Shown piece by piece: positions 8,723 to 13,986 of a stretch of DNA of 13,986 nucleotides (the first letter of the stretch is position 1; the number at the start of each line of letters is the position of its first letter). A model generated the notes under the pieces. It did not search any database and had not been told where the DNA came from. It saw nothing but the letters and a program-made list of their open reading frames with translations. Position numbers and translations under genes: made by a program. The stretch comes from a virus, in UHGV virus genome UHGV-0373582; one strand, written 5' to 3'.

Positions 8723-8836
8723 ATGAAAAAGATTGTTAAAGCTATATGGAATGTAGTTATAATACTAGTAGTTTTGAGTATATTCCCAATCGTTTTAATG
8801 ATTGATGTATTAAACGCTTACTTTGGATTTATGTGA
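8723..8836 (+). CDS. small membrane peptide (37 aa)
   Basis: GGAGG RBS (acggaggaacagaaaATG) downstream of the early promoter; translation MKKIVKAIWNVVIILVVLSIFPIVLMIDVLNAYFGFM. The track's longer 8627 start runs through the promoter. Confidence 0.4.
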   Translation: MKKIVKAIWNVVIILVVLSIFPIVLMIDVLNAYFGFM

Positions 8837-8843
8837 GGAAAAT

Positions 8844-9041
8844 ATGAAGCGTAAAAGCACTGCTTTTACATTTATTGAATGGTTTTTCGATAATATTTTT
8901 CCGGCTTTATTCATTTTCATGCTGATTTTTGCCTTAGGTTCAGTTGTAGTTGGAATTTATTTGATGGCAGTTGTCGGAATGGACATTCATCAAAATGGCT
9001 TAAAATCTGTGGTTGAAACAATTTGGAATGGTGTAAAATGA
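8844..9041 (+). CDS. small membrane protein (65 aa)
   Basis: GAGGAAAAT-ATG RBS; long hydrophobic segment FPALFIFMLIFALGSVVVGIYLMAVVG. Confidence 0.45.
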   Translation: MKRKSTAFTFIEWFFDNIFPALFIFMLIFALGSVVVGIYLMAVVGMDIHQNGLKSVVETIWNGVK

Positions 9042-9148
9042 TGAATTTATTGAGTGGTTGGTTTTATATTCTCATGTTTTACGTCGGTGCAAATTTTCCG
9101 TATTGGATGGGATGGTCAACAACTGCATTCGGATTTTATACTCCTTGA
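9041..9148 (+). CDS. possible small aromatic-rich membrane peptide (35 aa)
   Basis: Start follows directly on the upstream TGA (9039-9041); an in-frame ATG also sits at 9038. Translation MNLLSGWFYILMFYVGANFPYWMGWSTTAFGFYTP. Confidence 0.3.
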   Translation: MNLLSGWFYILMFYVGANFPYWMGWSTTAFGFYTP

Positions 9149-9156
9149 GGTGAATT

Positions 9157-9372
9157 ATGAAAATTTTTAAAGATGTAAAAGTTGGTGAAATTTTTTGTTT
9201 AGATAATGGTGATCAGTTAATTCGTATTTCACCTCTTAAGAGCACTAGCGAGAAAATGACAGTTAACGCTACTTTAGAAAACAACAGTAATAAACGTTTC
9301 TGTATTGAAAATGATACTGAAACATATACCGTAGAAGAGTTTCGGGAATTGAGCGTCGACTGCGACGATTAA
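9157..9372 (+). CDS. hypothetical protein (71 aa)
   Basis: GAGGTGA RBS (cttgaggtgaattATG); soluble-looking, acidic C-terminus. Confidence 0.45.
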   Translation: MKIFKDVKVGEIFCLDNGDQLIRISPLKSTSEKMTVNATLENNSNKRFCIENDTETYTVEEFRELSVDCDD

Positions 9373-9432
9373 TTTATCGGCCGTGTGTATTCATGCGGCC
9401 TTGGAGTAGAAAATAATTTAGAGGAAATTAAT

Positions 9433-9891
9433 ATGAAATACATGACTGTTACTGATCTGAATAATGCAGGCGCAACTGTTATTGGTACAATCAAGGGTGG
9501 TGAATGGGTTTTTGGAACTCCACATAAAGACATTTTGTCTAAACCTGGATTTTACTTTTTAGTGAGTAAATTAGATGGTCGTCCATTTAGTAATCCATGC
9601 GTGTCTGCACGATTTTATGTAGGTAATCAGCGTTCTAAGCAAGGATTCAGTGCAGTTCTAAGTCATATTCGTCAACGTCGGTCTCAGCTTGCACGTACTA
9701 TTGCAAATAACAATGTTCCATACGCAGTATTTTATCTGCCTGCTTCTAAGATGAAACCTCTGACGACGGGATTTGGAAAAGGACAGTTAGCTTTAGCGTT
9801 TACTCGTAATCATCATTCTGAGTATCAAACACTTGAAGAAATGAACCGTATGTTGGCTGATAATTTTAAATTCGTTTTGCAGGCATATTAA
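9433..9891 (+). CDS. ndd: nucleoid disruption protein Ndd (152 aa)
   Basis: GAGG RBS (ttagaggaaattaatATG). Length and position (between denB and stp/ac/52) match T4 ndd, and the N-terminus [13 protein letters not shown] matches my recollection of Ndd. The track's 9385 start is not preferred. Confidence 0.7.
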
Positions 9892-9971
9892 TGAGTAATT
9901 TCCACAACGAACACGTGATGCAGTTCTATCGTAATAATCTTAAAACTAAAGGCGTCTTCGGACGCCAGTGA
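9891..9971 (+). CDS. stp: Stp peptide (26 aa), the T4 peptide known to activate the host PrrC anticodon nuclease
   Basis: Translation [26 protein letters not shown] matches the 26-residue T4 Stp as I recall it. Start overlaps the ndd stop (TAATG). Below the ORF-track size cutoff. Confidence 0.7.
9951..9966 (+). other. UUCG-tetraloop hairpin inside the 3' end of stp (GGCGTC-ttcg-GACGCC)
   Basis: Perfect 6-bp GC-rich stem with TTCG loop covering the last stp codons (KGVFGRQ), just upstream of the next RBS. Confidence 0.5.
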
Positions 9972-9978
9972 GGAAAAT

Positions 9979-10137
9979 ATGAATATCGCAAAATTATTAG
10001 GAGTTATTTCATTTATTTGTTGGATAGTAGCATGTGTTTTAACTATCTGTATTGATGCCAGCAGTGTGTTTTCGCAAGCTTTAGCTCAGGGTATGTGTGC
10101 ATATTTAACATTTGTGTTGTTATCTACTAATGATTAA
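9979..10137 (+). CDS. small membrane protein (52 aa); positional candidate for ac
   Basis: GAGGAAAAT-ATG RBS; translation MNIAKLLGVISFICWIVACVLTICIDASSVFSQALAQGMCAYLTFVLLSTND is hydrophobic. T4 ac lies between stp and 52, but I do not recognise the sequence. Confidence 0.4.
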   Translation: MNIAKLLGVISFICWIVACVLTICIDASSVFSQALAQGMCAYLTFVLLSTND

Positions 10138-10270
10138 GAAAATCTTGGGCTATTCATTAGCTCTTGCTATTTTATTGATAGCATTATATTACGGAATAAT
10201 GTTCGGATTAATTCAAGTCGTGCTTTTCATTTCTGATGTTATTATGGCACTACATTCACTAGTATGGTAA
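10130..10270 (+). CDS. small membrane protein (46 aa)
   Basis: ATG 10130 overlaps the end of the upstream ORF by 8 nt in another frame; translation MIKKILGYSLALAILLIALYYGIMFGLIQVVLFISDVIMALHSLVW. Ends 4 nt before gene 52. Confidence 0.35.
   Translation: MIKKILGYSLALAILLIALYYGIMFGLIQVVLFISDVIMALHSLVW
10221..10245 (+). promoter_or_regulatory. candidate MotA-box middle promoter upstream of gene 52
   Basis: TGCTTTT at 10221-10227, 12-nt spacer, TATTAT at 10240-10245, about 30 nt upstream of the gene 52 ATG; lies inside the preceding small ORF. Confidence 0.35.
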
Positions 10271-10274
10271 ATTT

Positions 10275-11603
10275 ATGCAACTGAATAATCGTGATTTAAA
10301 AAGTATCATTGATAATGAAGCATTGGCTTATGCTATGTACACGGTTGAAAATCGTGCCATTCCAAATATGATTGACGGATTTAAGCCAGTTCAACGATTT
10401 GTTATTGCTCGAGCTCTTGATTTGGCACGAGGAAATAAAGATAAGTTTCACAAACTCGCTTCTATCGCAGGCGGTGTAGCGGACCTTGGATATCATCATG
10501 GTGAAAACTCTGCGCAAGACGCAGGTGCTTTGATGGCTAACACTTGGAATAATAACTTTCCTCTGTTAGACGGTCAAGGAAACTTTGGTTCTCGTACTGT
10601 CCAAAAGGCAGCAGCAAGTCGTTATATTTTTGCTCGTGTAAGTAAAAATTTCTATAACGTATATAAAGATACTGAATATGCTCCAGTACATCAAGATAAA
10701 GAACACATTCCGCCTGCTTTCTATTTGCCTATTATTCCTACTGTTCTTCTTAATGGCGTTTCCGGTATTGCAACTGGTTATGCAACTTACATTCTTCCTC
10801 ATAGTGTTTCTTCTGTCAAGAAAGCTGTACTGCAAGCTCTTCAAGGAAAGAAAGTAACTAAACCGAAGGTAGAATTCCCAGAATTTCGTGGTGAAGTCGT
10901 TGAAATTGATGGGCAATATGAAATTCGTGGAACATATAAGTTTACTTCACGAACTCAAATGCATATCACTGAGATTCCATATAAGTATGATCGTGAAACT
11001 TATGTGAGTAAAATCTTAGACCCGCTTGAAGATAAAGGCTTCATTACATGGGATGATGCTTGTGGTGAGCATGGCTTTGGCTTCAAAGTTAAATTCCGAA
11101 AAGAATACTCTTTGAGCGATAATGAAGAAGAACGCCATGCAAAAATTATGAAAGACTTCGGGTTGATTGAGCGTCGTTCCCAGAATATTACCGTCATTAA
11201 TGAGAAAGGAAAGCTGCAAGTTTACGATAATGTAGTTGATTTAATCAAAGACTTCGTTGAAGTTCGTAAAACTTATGTCCAAAAACGAATTGATAACAAA
11301 ATCAAAGAAACTGAATCAGCATTTCGTTTAGCTTTTGCCAAGGCACATTTCATTAAGAAAGTAATTTCAGGTGAAATTGTTGTACAAGGTAAAACTCGCA
11401 AAGAACTGACCGAAGAACTTTCTAAAATTGATATGTATTCTTCTTATGTTGATAAACTAGTTGGAATGAACATTTTTCATATGACTTCCGACGAAGCAAA
11501 GAAACTTGCTGAAGAAGCTAAAGCTAAAAAAGAAGAAAACGAATATTGGAAAACTACTGATGTAGTTACAGAATACACCAAAGATTTAGAGGAAATCAAA
11601 TGA
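10275..11603 (+). CDS. 52: DNA topoisomerase II medium subunit, GyrA-like breakage-reunion subunit (442 aa)
   Basis: Translation contains the type IIA topoisomerase A-subunit hallmarks GYHHGENSAQDA and DGQGNFGS, plus an RY motif (AAASRYIFARV) at the expected catalytic-tyrosine position. Length matches T4 gp52. Confidence 0.88.
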   Translation: MQLNNRDLKSIIDNEALAYAMYTVENRAIPNMIDGFKPVQRFVIARALDLARGNKDKFHKLASIAGGVADLGYHHGENSAQDAGALMANTWNNNFPLLDGQGNFGSRTVQKAAASRYIFARVSKNFYNVYKDTEYAPVHQDKEHIPPAFYLPIIPTVLLNGVSGIATGYATYILPHSVSSVKKAVLQALQGKKVTKPKVEFPEFRGEVVEIDGQYEIRGTYKFTSRTQMHITEIPYKYDRETYVSKILDPLEDKGFITWDDACGEHGFGFKVKFRKEYSLSDNEEERHAKIMKDFGLIERRSQNITVINEKGKLQVYDNVVDLIKDFVEVRKTYVQKRIDNKIKETESAFRLAFAKAHFIKKVISGEIVVQGKTRKELTEELSKIDMYSSYVDKLVGMNIFHMTSDEAKKLAEEAKAKKEENEYWKTTDVVTEYTKDLEEIK

Positions 11604-11749
11604 GTCCATTCATAGGTATTACAAGCGCTGCATTAGTATCTGGTGGCATTTTACTGGCGGGTTTAGGTGTTGTTCCTGCCGTAGCAGGAGGTCTTCTTGC
11701 GTTCGGAATTCAACGTGTTATCATGACAGTTATCACAGTCATGCAGTAA
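11600..11749 (+). CDS. small membrane protein with glycine-zipper motif (49 aa)
   Basis: ATGA overlap with the gene 52 stop; translation MSPFIGITSAALVSGGILLAGLGVVPAVAGGLLAFGIQRVIMTVITVMQ; followed by a strong terminator. Confidence 0.4.
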   Translation: MSPFIGITSAALVSGGILLAGLGVVPAVAGGLLAFGIQRVIMTVITVMQ

Positions 11750-11754
11750 TTTTA

Positions 11755-11784
11755 GGGAGAGCCGAGGCTCTCCCTTTTTTATTT
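11755..11784 (+). terminator. rho-independent terminator (GGGAGAGCC-ga-GGCTCTCCC plus T6)
   Basis: Perfect 9-bp GC-rich stem with 2-nt loop followed by TTTTTTATTT; 5 nt after the stop of the small membrane ORF. Confidence 0.8.
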
Positions 11785-11804
11785 CAAAATTTTTTCACAA
11801 AACG

Positions 11805-11834
11805 GTTTACAAGCATAAAGCTTTATGGTACTAT
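11805..11834 (+). promoter_or_regulatory. T-even early promoter (GTTTAC ... TGgTACTAT)
   Basis: GTTTAC at 11805-11810, 17-nt spacer, TGgTACTAT ending at 11834, then the conserved leader CTATCAAATAAATGAACTGAAAC. Confidence 0.65.
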
Positions 11835-11882
11835 ACAACTATCAAATAAATGAACTGAAACAAACAACCCGGAGATACAAAA

Positions 11883-12110
11883 ATGAAATTTAAAATCGAA
11901 AACGAAATCGTTAAAGCTAAAAATGCTCTGACTGCTAACAAACTGGTTGTAGATGGTATTGAATATGATATCTGTGGAGTTCGTGAAGAAAAACCTGGTG
12001 TTCTGACTTTCTTCACAATGATTTTTAAATTTAAAGGTGACACAGAATTCAAACAGTTTGATTTTGCCCATGAAGACGAAATCGAAGTTCGTAATCTGAA
12101 CATTAAGTAA
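11883..12110 (+). CDS. hypothetical protein (75 aa)
   Basis: GGAG RBS (cccggagatacaaaaATG) downstream of an early promoter. Confidence 0.45.
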   Translation: MKFKIENEIVKAKNALTANKLVVDGIEYDICGVREEKPGVLTFFTMIFKFKGDTEFKQFDFAHEDEIEVRNLNIK

Positions 12111-12149
12111 GTACTTTATTAGAGCTCTTGAAAAAGAGTGCAAAAAAGT

Positions 12150-12178
12150 GTTTACTTCTGCTTTAAACATGATACTAT
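12150..12178 (+). promoter_or_regulatory. T-even early promoter upstream of motA (GTTTAC ... TGaTACTAT)
   Basis: GTTTAC at 12150-12155, about 16 nt spacer, TGaTACTAT ending at 12178, then the same CTATCAAATAAATGAACTGAAAC leader as the 11805 copy. Confidence 0.6.
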
Positions 12179-12215
12179 AGACCTATCAAATAAATGAACT
12201 GAAACGGAGATTAAA

Positions 12216-12851
12216 ATGTCTAAAGTAACTTACATCATCAAAGCTTCTAACGATGTTCTGAATGAAAAAACTGCTGCGATTTTAATTACCATTGCTAAGA
12301 AAGATTTCATTACAGCCGCAGAAGTTCGTGAGGTGCATCCAGATTTAGGTAATGCAGTAGTTAATAGTAATATTGGGGTATTGATTAAAAAAGGTCTGGT
12401 AGAGAAATCTGGTGATGGATTAATCATTACAGGAGAAGCTCAGGATATTATTTCAAATGCAGCAACTTTATATGCACAGGAAAATGCTCCTGAACTACTG
12501 AAAAAACGAGCAACTCGTAAAGCTCGTGAGATTACTTCCGATATGGAAGAAGATAAAGACCTTATGCTAAAACTTTTAGATGAAAATGGATTTGTTCTTA
12601 AAAAGGTTGAAACTTACCGCAGTAACTATCTTGCTATTTTAGAAAAACGCACTCACGGAATTCGTAATTTTGAAATTAATAACAATGGAAATATGCGAAT
12701 TTTTGGATACAAAATGATGGAACACCATATTCAGAAATTTACTGATATTGGAATGTCATGTAAAATCGCTAAAAACGGCAATGTGTATCTTGACATTAAA
12801 CGCTCGGCAGAAAACATTGAAGCAGTAATCACCGTAGCATCTGAACTGTGA
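12216..12851 (+). CDS. motA: middle-transcription activator MotA (211 aa)
   Basis: GGAG RBS; the 211-aa length matches T4 MotA; the gene sits downstream of gene 52 and has its own early promoter. Confidence 0.8.
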   Translation: MSKVTYIIKASNDVLNEKTAAILITIAKKDFITAAEVREVHPDLGNAVVNSNIGVLIKKGLVEKSGDGLIITGEAQDIISNAATLYAQENAPELLKKRATRKAREITSDMEEDKDLMLKLLDENGFVLKKVETYRSNYLAILEKRTHGIRNFEINNNGNMRIFGYKMMEHHIQKFTDIGMSCKIAKNGNVYLDIKRSAENIEAVITVASEL

Positions 12852-12861
12852 GGAATAAATA

Positions 12862-13191
12862 ATGAACAAGTTAGAAATTGTTAATGAACTTCGTCGTTGT
12901 GCAGAACCCACTCAAGAGGGGTGGGATATCTGGTATCATGGAGCTTATCTTGGAACTATCGTAAAGATTAAAACTGGTAAATACATGATTATTCGTGAAA
13001 GTAAAGATGCTCCAGTAGGTATTCGCAATAATTTTATAGCGGCGATAAGTTCATTTACGGATGCAGCTTACGAAATTTACCTTGCTGATTATAAAGAATT
13101 CCAGGAATCTCAACCAGTTATTCGCTCAATTGGTGTTAACAAAGCTCAACAGAAAACTCTGTGGCAGCGTATTAAAGGATGGTTTAAATGA
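12862..13191 (+). CDS. hypothetical protein (109 aa)
   Basis: GAGG RBS (gtgaggaataaataATG); stop overlaps the next start (ATGA). Sits where T4 carries the motA.1/arn.x small ORFs. Confidence 0.5.
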   Translation: MNKLEIVNELRRCAEPTQEGWDIWYHGAYLGTIVKIKTGKYMIIRESKDAPVGIRNNFIAAISSFTDAAYEIYLADYKEFQESQPVIRSIGVNKAQQKTLWQRIKGWFK

Positions 13192-13649
13192 ACCCATTTA
13201 TTAATCGTTTAAAAATGCTGAATGTTCCTTTATCTCGTGAAACTCCAGAAAGTCTTGTTGAAAAATTTAAAGCACATGGTTATAAATGCACAGAAGAAGA
13301 TATTCTGAAAGAAGTTCCTGAAATCTGTTGGCAGACCGCATACTGGGATGAAAACCAAAAGTATCAACGACGAATTGTTTGTGCCGCCAACCGTTTTAAA
13401 TTAAAAGATGGACGAACTCTTGTTATTCCAGGTGCTCGTCATTATTCTAAAGATATGGCAGAAGTTTTAGATGTAGTTAAACCTCAATTAGTTACTCAGC
13501 AAGTTTGTGATGATGACCAAGGGTTTATTGATCAGTATAGCAATTACTGGACACGCGAAGAAGCAATGATTATTGCAACTTACGCCGGACAAGTACGTAT
13601 TGAACGTGGTGGTAGTGAAAAAGAACTTTACTCTGAGGACCTTTACTAA
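13188..13649 (+). CDS. hypothetical protein (153 aa)
   Basis: ATGA overlap with upstream ORF and TAATG overlap with downstream ORF; no recognised motif. Confidence 0.5.
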   Translation: MNPFINRLKMLNVPLSRETPESLVEKFKAHGYKCTEEDILKEVPEICWQTAYWDENQKYQRRIVCAANRFKLKDGRTLVIPGARHYSKDMAEVLDVVKPQLVTQQVCDDDQGFIDQYSNYWTREEAMIIATYAGQVRIERGGSEKELYSEDLY

Positions 13650-13945
13650 TGAATATTAAAAAGTTTCAAATTGATGGAATTAAGAATCAAATCCAGGCAC
13701 TGGAATATGCTAATAAAATGATGTCAACTAATTGGGGAATTTATGCCAATGAACCGGCATTTCAGTTCTGTGATATGGAATTCACCAAAAAGCTCGTAGG
13801 AAAAGATTATGTATGTCCATTTAGTTCTCCAGTAAATGGAATGCTAAAACCTGCTTTACGCGATCTTTATATTGCGATGAACGAAGAAATGATAAAAGAA
13901 CTAAAACGTCAACTAAAGGTTATTCAATTTGGCCAGGGAAATTAA
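13649..13945 (+). CDS. hypothetical protein (98 aa)
   Basis: TAATG coupling to the upstream ORF; no recognised motif. Confidence 0.5.
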   Translation: MNIKKFQIDGIKNQIQALEYANKMMSTNWGIYANEPAFQFCDMEFTKKLVGKDYVCPFSSPVNGMLKPALRDLYIAMNEEMIKELKRQLKVIQFGQGN

Positions 13946-13986
13946 TTCAAAATCCGATTATTTTAATTCTCTCAATGATAAAGATA

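Noticed and set aside
9374-9410. Weak inverted repeat (GGCCG ... CGGCC with 11-nt loop) upstream of ndd as a possible terminator or operator
   Set aside because: Short stem, long loop and no T-run; not distinguishable from chance.
7941-12178. Repeated ~40-bp elements considered as a CRISPR array or mobile-element terminal repeats
   Set aside because: The repeats are direct, widely and irregularly spaced, each sits upstream of an ORF, and they match sigma-70-like promoter architecture; there are no unique spacers of uniform length and no transposase.

Overview
This window reads as a contiguous early/middle-gene block of a T4-like (T-even) myovirus, with every supported gene on the + strand. 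Recognisable anchors, in order: a GyrB-like topoisomerase II large subunit (gene 39, here one continuous 605-aa ORF rather than T4's split 39 + 60), rIIA.1, rIIA, rIIB, a 185-aa ORF at the denB position, ndd, the 26-aa stp peptide, small membrane ORFs at the ac position, the GyrA-like topoisomerase subunit gp52, and motA. Between these sit many small uncharacterised ORFs, several of them tiny hydrophobic peptides linked by ATGA/TAATG start-stop overlaps. Five near-identical copies of the T-even early promoter (GTTTAC, ~17 bp, TGnTAyTAT) sit in front of small-ORF units and motA. Three sites match the MotA-box middle-promoter architecture (upstream of gene 39, inside the 3' end of rIIA, upstream of gene 52). 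Several GC-rich UUCG-tetraloop hairpins lie at gene ends, and one strong intrinsic terminator follows the small ORF after gene 52. I see no tRNA/rRNA, CRISPR array, IS element, intron or homing endonuclease. I cannot point to a demonstrably new system; the realistic candidates for undescribed function are the small ORFs embedded in this host-takeover/anti-defence neighbourhood (rII, denB, ndd, stp, motA). All calls rest on reading the sequence and recalled family knowledge; no database search was run.
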